64,000 nt of DNA, from assembly GCA_030390025.1 (NCBI GenBank), contig CM059431.1, positions 158,598,001-158,662,000 of the forward strand, in the 5' to 3' direction. Shown one piece after another: positions 49,501 to 61,880 of this stretch. This stretch comes from Squalus acanthias (taxonomy: Eukaryota). The stretch's first letter is position 1. Every line of letters starts with the position of its first letter. The position numbers and the translations under genes are program-made. The notes under the pieces were generated by a model that searched no databases, had not been told where the DNA came from, and saw only the letters and a program-made list of their open reading frames with translations.

Positions 49501-52500
49501 GACTATCCCAGTTAATATTGGGGAAGTTGATATCCCCTATTATTATTACCCTATTATTTCTACACATCTCTGAGATTTGCCTTCTTATCTGTTCGTCTAT
49601 CTCCCCCTGACTGTTTGGGGGCCTATAGTACTCTTCCAACAAAGTGCTTGCCCCCTTTTTGTTTTTAAGTTCTACCCATATGGCCTCATTAGAGGAACCT
49701 GCTAAGATATCATCCCTCCTTACAGCAGTAATTGACTCCTTGATTAATATTGCGACATCACCTCCTCTTTTACACCTCCCTCTGTCTCGCCTGAAGATTC
49801 TATGCCCCGGAATATTGAGCTGCCAGTCCTGCCCCTCCCTTCATCTCAGGAATCAGCCTAGTGAAACTTCTCTGAATTGCCAATCAATGCAAGTATATCC
49901 CTCCTTAAATAAGGAGACCAGAATTGTATGCAGTACTCCAGGTGTGGTCTCACCAGCGCCCTGTTCAGTTGTAGCAAGACGTCCCTTCTTTTATACTCCA
50001 CCCCCTTGCAATAAAGGCCAACATTCCATTTGACTTCCTAATTAATTGCTATTCCTGCATGCTAACTTTTTGTGTTTCATGTACGAGGTCCCCCAGATCC
50101 CTCTGTTCCGCAGCATTATGTAGTCTCTCTCAATTTGAATAATAAATTGCTGTTTTATTTTTCCTACTAAAGCGGATAACATCACATTTTCCTGCATTAT
50201 ACTCCATCTGGCAAACGTTTTACCCACTCACTTAACCTATCGTTATCCCTTTGCAGACTTTTTGTGTCCTCCTCACAACTTGCTTTCCCACCTATCTTTG
50301 TATCATCAGCAAATGTGGCCATAGTGCACACGGTTCCTTCATCCAAGTCATTAATATAGTTTGTCAATATTTGAAACCCCAGCACTGATCCCTGTGGCAC
50401 CCCTCTAGTTACAGTTTGCCAACCGGAAAATAACCCATTAATCCAGAATCTTTGTTTGCTGTTAGTTAGCCAATCCTCTATCCATGCGATTATATTAAAC
50501 CCAACCCCGTGAGCTCTTATGGTGTGCAGTATCCTTTTATGTGGCAACTTTTCGAAGGCCTTCTGGAAATCTAAATACACTACATCTACTGGTTCCCCTT
50601 TATCCACCCTGCTCGTTACATCCTCAACGAATTCTAGTAAATTTGTCAAACACTTTCATAAATGTTGATTCTGCTTGATTGTATTTAGATTTTCTAAATG
50701 TCCTGCTATTACTTCCTTAATAATGGATTCCAGCAAGTGTTAGTAGGAGAGCATTTTCCCAATGACATATGTTCGGCTAACTGGCCTAATGTTTCCTGCT
50801 ATTTGCCTCCCTCCTTTCTTGAATAGGGGCGTTATATTTGCGGTTTTCCAATCCGCTGGGACCTCTCTGGAATCCAAGAATTTTGGTAGATTACACCCAA
50901 CGCATCCATTATCTCTGCAGCCACTTCTTTTAAGACCCTGGGATGTAGGCCATCAGGTCCAGGGGACTTGTGAGCCTTTAGGCCCATTAGTTTGCCTAGT
51001 ACTTTTTCTCTACTGATAGACATTGTTTTAAGTTACTCCCTCCCTATAGCCCCTTGATTATCAATTATTATTGGGATGCTTTTAGTATCTACTACCGTGA
51101 AAACCGATACAAAATATTTGTTCAAAGTCTCTGCCATTTTTCTTTTTCCCATTATTAGTTCCCCAGTCCCATCCTCTAAAGAACCAACGTTTACTTTAGA
51201 TAATCTCTTCCCTGTTATATACCTGTTGAAGCTCTTACTTTCTTTTCTATATTTTGTGTTAGATTACTTTCATAATCTATCTTCTCCCTCTTTATTATTT
51301 TTCAGTCATCCTTTACTGGTTTCTAAAATGTCCCCAATCCTCTGGCCTACCACTAATTTTTGCAACATTATATGCCTTTACTTTCAATTTGATACCTTCC
51401 TTAACTTCCTCAGTTATCGACAGATGGTTTATCTTTCTCATAGAGTCTTTCTTTCTCACTGGACAGAACCTTTGCTGAGAGTTATGAAATACTTCTTAAA
51501 TGTCTGCCACCGCTTATCTACCGTCTTACACATTAATCTATTTTCCCAGTCTACTTTAGCCAACTCTGTCTTCATACCTTTGTAATTGCCTTTATTTAAA
51601 CTTAGGACACTAGTTTCAGACCCAATTTTCTCACCCACATACTGAATTTCAAATTCTATCCTACTATGTTCACTCTTCCCTAGTGGATCCTTGACTATGA
51701 CATCATTAATTAATCCCTACTCAGTACACATTGCCAGATCTAAAATAGCGTTCTCCCTGTTGGGTTCCACGGCGTATTGTTCTAAGAAACCATCCAGAAT
51801 ACATTATGGGAACTCGTCCTCAAGGTACCCTTGCCAATTTGATTTGCTCAATCGATATGAAAATTAAAATCGCCCATGATTATCGCAGTACCTTTCTTAC
51901 AAGCCCCAATTTTTTATTGATTTATACTCTTTGTTAAAGTGTAGCTAATGTTAGGGGGCGTTTAGATTACTTCCAACAGTGACTTCTTTCCTTTACTATT
52001 TCTTATCTCCACACAAACTGATTCTTCATCTTGATATTCTGAGCCAATATAATTTCTCACAACTGCACTGATCTCATCCTTTATTAACAGAGCTACCCCA
52101 CGTCCTTTTTCCTTCTGACAATCCTTCTGAAATGTCAAATATCCCTGAATATTCAGTTCCCAGCTTTGGTCACATTTCAACACGTCTCTTTAATGGCTTT
52201 CAGATCATACTCATGTATTTCTATTTGTGCCGTCAACTCATCTATCCTGTTATGGATGCTGCGTGCATTCAGATAAAGACGTTTTATTTTTTTCTTTATA
52301 CCATTTTTACCTACTCTGAAACTATTTGCTGGCGCACGCTAATGTTCGTACGATCTATTTCCTCCTGTCACGCACTGATTATCATCATCCCTGTCGTTAC
52401 CCTGCACTATTAGCTTCTCCTTTCTCTTTGACTTTCTAAATTCCCCTTCACCTGAACCCCCCCCCACCCACCCCACTATTTAGTTTAAAGCCCTTTTTAG

Positions 52501-52505
52501 TTTAA
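46590..52505 (-). mobile_element. CR1 LINE (46590-47070 + 49841-52505) split by a second CR1
   Basis: Tail is agaaagaaagaacataagaa. ORF2 fragments lie at 50197-50649, 50832-51023 and 51962-52183. cccttcat is duplicated at both junctions of the inner element. Confidence 0.9.
47071..49840 (-). mobile_element. CR1 LINE (nested), same family as the 37861 and 40470 elements
   Basis: Tail is atagagtcatagag. ORFs 47671-48315, 48379-48891 and 49235-49642 carry RT and APE motifs. Confidence 0.92.
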
Positions 52506-52674
52506 AGAAGTATGGAGCTTCATTTACTGATTCGTTCAGTTAAACTCTGCACGTTATTTATTAAAACTTTACGCAAAAATATGAACGTCACGAGTAACGT
52601 TAATTGTTCAACAGCATCTGGTGATTCTAAGGCACTAAATGTAACCTGAAGTCTCAGATCGTCAACTGGATTTA

Positions 52675-54612
52675 ATGGGAGGTGGCGTCGCTGGCATTGG
52701 CATTTATTGCCCATACCTAATGGCCCTTGAGAAGGTGGTGGTGAGCCGCCTTCTTTGGCCGCTGCAGTCCGTGTGGTGAAGGTACTCCCACAGTGCTGTT
52801 AGGGAGGGAGATCAATGATTTTGAGCCAGCGACGATGAAGGAACTGCGATATACTTCTAAGTCAGGATGCTATGACTTGGAGGGTAACTTCGTGGTGGTG
52901 GTGTTCCCATGCGCCTGCTGCCCTTAGCATTCTAGGTGGAAGTGGTCGCAGGTTTGGGAGGTGCTGCCGAAGAAGCCTTGGCAAGTTAGTGCAGTGTATC
53001 TTGTAGATGGTACGCACTGCAGCATGGTGCGCCGGTAGTGGAGGAAGTGAATGTTTAAGGTTGTTGATGGGGTGCCGATCAAGTGTGCTGCTTTGTCCTG
53101 GATGGTTTCGAGCTTCTTAAGTGTTGTTGGAGCTGCACTCATCCAGGCAAGTGGAGAGTATTCCATCACACTCCTTACTTGTGCCTTGTAGATGGTAGAA
53201 AGGCTTGGGGAAATCAGGAGGTGAAACACTCGCCGCATAATAGCTAGGCCTGACCTGCTCTTGCTGCCAGAGTATTTATGTGACTGATCCAGTTAAGTTT
53301 CTGGTCAATGGTGACCCCCAGGATGTTGAAGGTTGAGGATGCGGCGATTGTAATGCCGTTGAATGTCAAGGGGCTGTGGTTAGACTCTCGCTTGTTGGAG
53401 ATAGTCATTGCCTGGCACTTCTGTGGCGTGAATGTAACCTGCCACTTATCAGCCCAAGTCTGAACGTCGTCCAGATGTTGTTGCATGCGGGCATGGACGG
53501 CTTCAATATCTGAGTGGTTGTGAATGGCACTGAAAACTGTGTAGTCATCAGCAAATATCCCCATTTCTGACTTTATGTTGGAGGGAAGTTGATTGATGAA
53601 GCAGATTCGGCACAGGAGACTGCGTTAATATGGAACATCTGCCGCGATTTCCTGGGCTGTGATGATTGAGCTTCAATCACCACCAGCATCTTCCTTTTTG
53701 TTAGGTATGACTCCAGCCAGTGGAGATTTCCGGCCCCCTCCCCACTGACTTCAGTTTTACTAGGGTTCCTTGATGCCACACTCGGTCAAATGCTGCCCAG
53801 GACAGTGACTCTCAACTCACCACTAGAATTCTGCTCCAATATATATGTATATATATATATTTGGATCAAGTCTCTAACGAAGTCGGGAGCCGAGTGGGTC
53901 TTGGCAGAACCGAAACTGGGCATCAGTAAGCAAGTTATTGGCGGGTAAGTGCTGCTTGATAGCACTGTCGATGACACCTTCCATCACTTTGCTGATGATT
54001 CAGAGTAGACTGATGCGGCGGTAATTCTCCTGCTTTTTTTGGACAGTACATACCTGGGCTAAATGCCACATCATCGGATAGATGCCAGTTATTGTAGCAG
54101 CTTGGCTAGAGCACAGCTTGATAGTCGGGATCCCTAACATTTGCTATATCCAGTGCACTCAGCGTGTAGTGAATCGATGGTGGGGATCTCAGGAGTCTGT
54201 CGATATGGATCATCCAATAAGCACTTCTGGCTGAAGATGGTTTGCAGATGCATCAGCCTTCGCTTTTACACTCCACCATCTAGGTTGGGGATATTCAGTC
54301 TTCTTCCTGTTAATTGATTAATGACTTGATGTGGCAGGGGTGCAGAGTTTCGATCTAATCCGTTGAATGCGGGGTCTCTTAGCCCTGTCTAGAACATGCT
54401 GCTTCCGCTTTTTAAGCATGCATTCATGTAGTCCTGTGTTGCAGCGTCCCCAGGTTACAATTCGGCTGCTACCTCATGGGTGCCTAGTTTTAAACTGCTA
54501 GATCTATTCTGAATTAAGCACGGTGGGTGTTCTCAGTGTGAAGACGGGATCTTCGTCACTGCTACGGACCGATGCATCTGCGACAGGTACGTTGGCGAGG
54601 ACGAGGTCAATC
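52675..54612 (-). mobile_element. LINE of the family seen at 1-1270, longer internally deleted copy
   Basis: ORFs 52924-53238 and 53244-53564 give IFADD and YKAQVRSVMEYSPLAW. The 3' end at ~52680 matches the family. Confidence 0.85.
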
Positions 54613-54782
54613 CGATAGTTTCATGGTTACCATTACGGTAACTAGCTTTTTATTCCAGATGTATTTAATTAACTGAATTTAAATTCCCCAGCTGTTGTAG
54701 TGAGATTTGAACTCATGTCTCTTGATCATTTTTCCATGCTTCTGGATTACTCGCCCAGTGACATTACCACTATGCTACCATT
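54613..54782 (-). mobile_element. tRNA-derived SINE-type head (Pol III A and B boxes)
   Basis: The minus strand reads tggTAGCATAGTGGtaatgtcactgg...GAGTTCAAATCtcac, with the A box at ~54767-54777 and the B box at ~54704-54714. Confidence 0.7.
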
Positions 54783-55323
54783 CCAGTCTCATGTGCTGGT
54801 CAATAAAACGTTTCTGACCGTAAAAGCACGGAGCAGCAGAATCAGAACAAAGAAACCCCCAGGATTAGAAAGCAATGAATGAACTCGATTGCTGGCCAGA
54901 CCCGTGACTTCCCAACATCGTTTATTACATGACGAAACCAGAGGTCGTTCATAACCCTTATTGACCTGTGAACATAAATTGACAGTAATTTACCAATATT
55001 GACGTTTGCTATTTTTCTCGTAATTTAGAAATCTTCATTACCAGAAGCTGAAAATCCAAAAACAAACTGCCCACAAACCTCAAGCGTGCTTTATAACGCA
55101 TTGTCTTGATACTTGAGAAATGTATGATATGTACGGATATTGTCTTTTTTGCTCAGAGTGTCTGGGCACTAAACTGTAAAATAATTAATGGCTGAACCAT
55201 TGGTCAGAATCTTTCTAGTTTTTTTGTTTCATAATGATTAGTTTTTCCTTCATAGCACTGAGCTGTCAAATATTTATCTCTTGAATTAAAAGGACTACAC
55301 CAATGACGTTGTTCATATTCAAG

Positions 55324-57640
55324 AGATAGAACTGCAGCACAAAGACACTCTCCACAAAGAAAATGTGAAGATGACATTGAAAACCACTGTAGGAAAAAAA
55401 AGATTTCGAAGATTTTTTCTGGATGAAAAATCAACTAAATAACGATTGTTGCTTCCCTGCGTGAGCGGAGATTCGTAGAAAATGAACTGAAGGCCCGAGG
55501 TAGAGAGCGTGAAGAACTACAGAGCAAAATCCTCTAGAATGAAATAGAAGAAATTCACCTGAATCAATTGCTGAGTTTCACGAAAACAGGCAGTTCTGGG
55601 ACAACCGTGGTAATTGGGGCCGCGGGGATTTGTAAAAGCACCATGCTGCAGAAGATAATCCATGATTGGGCCGCAGGGAAAATACACAAACAGATTAAAG
55701 TTGTCTTTCCTTTTAAGATTCGACAATTGAATTTAATAAAAGGAAAAACATGTCTAACTAGCCTGATCCTGGATTCCTATTCCGAATTCCAAACTGAGTT
55801 GGAACTTCTGTGGAAAGAACCTGGAAAGATATTCTTTATATTTGATTATTTAGACAAATGTAACTATCGATTTCACAGAAATTCAGAGAAACAACGACCC
55901 GCAATATCAATGTTTCGATCCCGACTGCTGCAGTGAAGTGTCAGACATCATACAGGGACACTTACTGAAAGGCGGCTCAGTACTGATCACAAGCCGGCAG
56001 TGGAAACTGAAGTCTCAGGGAAAGGCAAACTTATTTCCAACGGTGGAAATTCTGGGTTTCACCTCTGAGAAAATAAAACATTACTTCCAGCGTTACTTTG
56101 TAGATGAACAGATTGCGACAGATGTAATCGAGTACATTGAACAGATTGGCCCAGAAATTAAACATCGATGGTTCCCGCGGGGGTAAGGATTCCCCGCGAT
56201 ATCGCACTCCACGCCTACCTTTTTGTTTCGTGTCCACACGAACTTCAGTTTCAGGGCCTCTCCCTGTTGCCAGCGTGCAGTGCTTGCATGTCCCTGAGGC
56301 GCAATTAGTTCGTGCGAGCTCTGGGATCACGTGATTCAATTAGAGTCAATGGCAGCACACCTTATTCCATTCATAGTTTTGACAGCAAGGGCAATCAAAG
56401 CTATGAATACTACAAGCCCCCAAAAGAACAGCTAAACCTCAATTAAATTTAAAAAACCCATCACATTAATAAAATAACTATAGTTAAATAAATTAACCAC
56501 TTTAAACAAAAAATTTAATTTTTGAAATTTTTTTAAATATTTTTAAAATTATAAAAATAAACTTACCTTTCTTTAAAGTCTCTAAAAAGGATAAACCTGC
56601 TGAAAAAAATTAAAAATAACACGTAATTAACTACTTACCTTGTTAAAAGGGGTCCTACGCCTGCTTTCTTTATGTGTAAAATCTTCACCACTTACCTGCG
56701 CGTTCAAATCTGAAAAAAATTCTAACTGCACTGCGTGCGCACAACCTGTAGTGCGCACGCGGTTCACTTAGGAACCGCCCCCTTTGCAGTACACGAAGCG
56801 CCGGTTTCCCGCGGATGCGCAGTGCATGCAGGAAACCGGCAATTCGGGACCTAATACGCGAGAGTACACAGTGCGTACTCTCGCGTATTAGGTCTAATTT
56901 TCGGATACACCATGTGCTACAATCCTCTTTACTGCTCGTTCCTCGCTTCATTATTAGAGTCACACCGGGTACAAGGAGCGGGGGACAGACCATAATGCAC
57001 ATATCATGAAAAGGTTTCTCCCGCGATTCTGGAATTCCACAGTAATTATTAGCAAGTGGTGTATATTGTATAGTGTGAGCGTCTTATATAATTTCTGTTT
57101 ATTTTTCTGTCACTGCACGTTAAAATCTAACGATCTCACAGATGATTGTGTGGAAAATCTGCTTTCTGCCCTCCGTGAAAACGGTTCACTCATCGAGCTC
57201 CATCTGAGTAACGATAATCAGGAGGCGAACGGGCCAACAGACTGAGTGACAATTCTGTTCCGGCATTGCGTAGTCTCATCCAGAGTAGAGCTAATCTCAA
57301 GGAAATTAGAGGAGTTTCCGAGTTATCTATTTCTTAATTTAATGTTCTTTCACGTGTAAAATGTATTTCCGTTATTTTAATTTGAATAGACCAGACATGG
57401 GGAAAATGAAATCATTATCTTGTGGAGAATTAATCTCCTTCGCATGAGTAAGCACGTTTATTTTGAATGAATTTAATAATATTGCTACTCACAGTGAGCG
57501 GAAGAATCCACTCCGTATCGATAATTTTTTTTCGTTCTTTTAATGTTTTTCAGTTTGACTCACAATCAATTCTCTGCAGAAGGACTGACAAATCTGAATC
57601 GGTCAGTGTATCGGGTCATTTGACTGTAATTACAGAATAA
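55324..57640 (+). pseudogene. NLR copy 2 (NACHT + LRR exons), heavily decayed paralog of copy 1
   Basis: Aligns by eye with 13622-14569 and 17074-17722. Walker A is GAAGICKST. It has stops and frameshifts, an insertion at 56146-56903, a deletion junction at ~56993, an LRR acceptor AC at 57117-57118 and a lost donor at ~57310. Confidence 0.92.
56146..56903. mobile_element. Non-autonomous insertion (MITE-like) in the NACHT exon of copy 2
   Basis: Absent at the paralogous site (14470). Imperfect terminal inverted repeat ccagaaatta / taattttcgg, with multiple hairpins. Confidence 0.8.
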
Positions 57641-57809
57641 ATGATTACTTAACATGAAGATTGTTTGATGCAATTGTGTTAAGTATATTTTGTAGGTGAT
57701 ACTCTATTGAAACGGGCCTATTTTTGAACATTTTCGGGATGTGCTCCAGAGAGAAAAGAAACCACAAGCGAGCGCAGGAGATGCAACACCTGCCCTTTCC
57801 TTTCCTCCC

Positions 57810-58190
57810 TTACCACTGTCCAGGGACCTAATTACTCCATCCAGGTTAGACAGCGATATACTAGTAATTCTTTCAATTTCTTATACTGTATTCGCTGTTC
57901 ACGACGTGGTCTCCACTACAGTGGGGAGACCAGTGCAGAATCAATCATCGCTTTGCTGAAAACCTCTGTTCACTCCGCAAGCGTGGCCCTGAGCTTCCTT
58001 TTGGCTTGCCATTATAATTCTCCATCACACTGTGACCTCGTTGTGCTCGACCAATGATGCTCATAGGAAGCTCGCGGAATGGTACATCATCTTTTGATTA
58101 GGCACTTTACAACCTTCCGGAACGAACACTATGTTCAACGACATTAGATGATAAACACTGCTCCCATTTTTTTATGACAGCAAGTCCCGG
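57810..58190 (+). mobile_element. Penelope-like GIY-YIG remnant (duplicated with the NLR locus)
   Basis: Paralog of 17865-18250 in the same position relative to the last exon. Confidence 0.75.
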
Positions 58191-58544
58191 TAATGCTTCT
58201 ACTGTTGCCGTTGGATGTTATCACAGAATTCAGAGCCGGAGCTCAGGTCTCAGCCCGCTGAGATTGGTGATGGAACTGTGCACGGTGTGACTCAGAGACA
58301 AGAATGTTTCCACGAAGTTGATGTCCTCAAGTGAAGAGGAGTTATTCCAGAGATGGGCGGATATAATTCCGTCCTAATTTTAAAGACATGCATATTGCCC
58401 TTATTTTTACATGAATAATTTCATTTGCAATAATCTTTTGATACATATTGATAAAACTATTGAAAATTTAGTTTGTAGAGCGGTAGAGTTCACTGATGCC
58501 ATGGAATTACTCTGCAATGAACCGAACAATGATATCCTGAAGAA

Positions 58545-58660
58545 AATCAGAAAATGCTGGAAATACTCAGCAGGTCAGGCAGCATATGTGGAGAGAGTGA
58601 CAAAGTTAACGTTTCAGCTCGAAGATCTTTCATCAGAACTGGTAAAAGTTAGAGATGTAA
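58545..58660 (-). mobile_element. Penelope-like terminal-repeat fragment
   Basis: Similar to 4485-4600 and contains a hammerhead motif. Confidence 0.7.
58604..58640 (-). ncRNA. Minimal type I hammerhead ribozyme motif with intact core
   Basis: The minus strand reads agtt-CTGATGA-aagatcttcgagct-GAAA-cgtt-aact. Stem II is imperfect, and helix III is the palindrome AACGTT. Confidence 0.7.
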
Positions 58661-58674
58661 CATCCCAGGCAAGG

Positions 58675-60050
58675 CAATAGCCCAGGATACTCTGACCCTT
58701 GCATCTCCAATAGCCTCAGGGTACTCTGACCATCTACATGCCCATTGGCCAGGGAATCTTATCCTCTCCATAGCCCGGGGTACTCTAACCCTAAGTATTC
58801 CCAGTAGCCATGGATATGCTGAGTTGAAGCCTAGCCCAAGGTACTCTGACCCACCCAAGACCCAATAGCTCAGGGAACGCTGACATACTATTGGCCGAAT
58901 ATCCAGGGTACTCTGAGCCACTACAGTCCCAGTGGCACAGGAATCTCTGACACTCTACTGGCCCAATAGCAGATGTTCATCGGAATTTCTGCAGTCCCAA
59001 CAGCATAGAGCATTCTGACCCTTTACAGGTCCAATAGCAGAAGATACTCTGACCTTCTGTATTGCCCAGGGCAGGCTGCTCCTCTGCAGGAGCAATAGCC
59101 CATGACGACTGAACCATTGATTAGCTCAGGCTAGACTGACCCACTATACAGCCCAGTAGCCAAGGGTGTCCTCTATATACCCCAGAATGCTTTTGAACTC
59201 TTCATAGACTAGGGTACTCTGAAATACTACAGGCCCAATACAGAGGAGGCAATTCCGCCCATCGTGCCTGTGCCAGCTCTTCTGTAGAACTATCCAATTA
59301 GTCGTACTCCCCGTTCTTTCATCATAGCCCTGAAATTGCTTTCCTTCATGTATTTTTTCCAATTTTCTTTTGAATGTTACTGTTCAGTCTTCATCCTCCA
59401 CCCTTTCGAGCAATGCCTTCCAGTTCCCTCTCTGTCCAGTAGCTGAGGGTACTCTGAACCTTAGCATTGCCCATTGCACGTTGGCGCTCTGATCCTTTAC
59501 AGACTCAATATCCCAGGGTACTCTGAGTCTCTACTGCCCCAACAGCTCGTGGTATTCTGACGAACTACAGCCTCAATTTCCCAGGGAACTCCGACACAGT
59601 ACATGCGCAAAAGCCCAGGGAATTCTGACCCACTGTATAGCCAAAGGCAGTCTGAGAATATACAGGCCAAATAGCACAAGTAATCTGAACCTCCATATAA
59701 GCCAGGTCACTCTCATCCCCCACAGATCCAATAGCCCCGGGGAAATCTGACACTCTGCAGATTCAATAGCTCAGGATACGCTATCCATCTTTATAGCTCA
59801 GGCTACTCTGAACCTCTACAGGCCCAATAGACCAGAGAACTCCTAGCCTCTTCAGGCCAATATACCAGTGTACTCTTTTCCTTTTTATACCCAAGGTACT
59901 ATTAACCTCTACATATCATCACATGGTAATCTGACACTCTACATAGCACATGGTACTCTCGCCCTCCGCAAAACACAGGTCAAGCTTTGCATCTGCCTCG
60001 CCCAATAGCCGAGAGTACTCTGAGTCTCGACAGGTACAATTTCGCAGGGA
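58675..60050. repeat. Degenerate minisatellite A, second array (CR1 3' fragment inserted at ~59235-59425)
   Basis: Repeated caatagcccagggtactctga units, as at 19705-20465. Confidence 0.8.
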
Positions 60051-60159
60051 ATGGTGACACAATTCAGCCTCATTTACCCTTATACTAGACTGATTCCTGC
60101 GATAAGAGGGGTGTCCTTTGAGTAGTCATGCTGTAGAATAGGCCTATATGTTTTGTCGC

Positions 60160-60570
60160 TTGGAAGAAGAGGGGTGATCTCACTGAAACGTATGAAATTC
60201 TTAGAGAGCTTAGCAGGTTAGATGCTGAGCGCATGTTGCCCCTGGCTGGAGGATATACAACTAGGAGTCATAGTTTCAGGATGAAGGGGGCGGCCACTTA
60301 CGACTGAGATGAGAAGAAATTTATTCACTTAGACGGTTGTGAATATTTGCAATTCTCTAGCCCAGAGGGCTGTGGATGCTCAGTCGTTGAGCATTTTCCA
60401 GGCTGAGGTCGATAGATTTGTGGCCACTAAGGGAATCGAGGGAATTGGAGATAGTGGGTAAGATGGAGTTGATGTAAAATATCAGTCATGATCTTATTGA
60501 ATGGTGGAGCAGGCTTGAGGGGCCGCTCGGCCTACTCCTGCTCCTAATTATTATGTTCTTATGTTCTTAG
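60160..60570 (+). mobile_element. CR1 3' end fragment
   Basis: ORF2 C-terminus followed by a 3' hairpin and a (ttatgttc)n tail. Confidence 0.85.
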
Positions 60571-60999
60571 TCGCTGAGAAAGTCACCGTGAGAAGCCACA
60601 GGCACAGGGACAGTCCAAAATCCAATTGAAATAGGCTCGAGATCGCTCACTTCTAAATGAAACAGCAATGGATGGGAAACATTACTAGATTTGGCCCTTT
60701 TTGATGAACCAATAAGTGTCACTGTGGATTTCACCAGGATCACGCAACAAAAACCATCACAAATGCCACTTGTAGGCATATGCGATGGTGCCATCAAAAT
60801 AAAAAGATGCAAAATAAGCATCAGGTGCCACCAAAACAAAAGGATACCATCCCAACTAAATGAGGATATGCTTATTGATGGCTAAAAAAAACAATAGGCT
60901 GGAAATTCGTCTTGGGCGGTGGAGAAAAACTGGCGGTATCGGATCGGATCGGCCGCCCGTTATACGCAATACTTGATATTCAATTCTATTGCAGTCAAG

Positions 61000-61880
61000 A
61001 AGAAAGCTGTTGACTGCAGGAAGATATCAATGAACTGCTCAGGTGGGCAAAACAGTGGCAAATGGAATTCACTCTGGACAAGATTGAGGTAATGCATTTG
61101 GGGAGGCCTAACAAGGCAAAGGAATACAAATTAAATGGTAGGACACTGAGAATTGCAGAAGATCAGAGGTTGCATGGAGTGCATGTCCACAGATCGCTGA
61201 AGGTAGCAGGACAGCTAGATAAGGTGGTTAAGAAGTCATACGCGATACTTGCCTTTATTAGCCGAGGCATAGAATATAATAGCAGGGAAATTATGCTTGA
61301 ACAGTATAAAACACTAGTTAGGCCGCAGCTAGAATAGTACGTTGAGATCTGGTCACCACATTACAGGAAGGATTTGATTGAACTAGAGAGGGTCCAGAGG
61401 AGATTTACGTCGATATTGCCTCGTCTCGGGAATTTTAGCTATGAGGAAAGATTGGAGAGGCTGGGGTTGTTTTCTTTGGAACAGAGGAGGCTCAGGGGAG
61501 ACGTAATTGAGGTGTATAAATTTATGATGGGAGGAGATAGTGTGGATAGGAAGGATCTATTTCCCTTAGCACAAGGGTCAATAACCAGGGGTCACAGCTT
61601 TAAAGTAATTGGTCGCAGGTTTCGAGTGGATTGGAGGAGAAATGTTTCCACACAGAGGTTGGAGGGGGTCTGGAACTCACTGCTTGAAAGCGTGGTAGAA
61701 CCAGAGACCCTCATCACATTTAAGAAGTACTAGTATATGCACTTGACGTGCGATAACCTACAAGGCTACGGACCAAGCCCTGTCAAGTGGGATTAGGGTG
61801 GATAGCTCTTTGTCGGTCGCCACGGACAAGATGGGCAGATTGGCTTCCTTCTGTGCTTTAGATTTCCAAGATCCTATGAT
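61000..61880 (+). mobile_element. CR1 3' portion
   Basis: ORFs 61062-61337 and 61374-61733 give YKTLVRPQLE and LERVQRRFT. Confidence 0.88.

Noticed and set aside
54700..54782. tRNA gene
   Set aside because: Only A and B boxes are recognisable, no cloverleaf can be completed, and it continues into repeat sequence.
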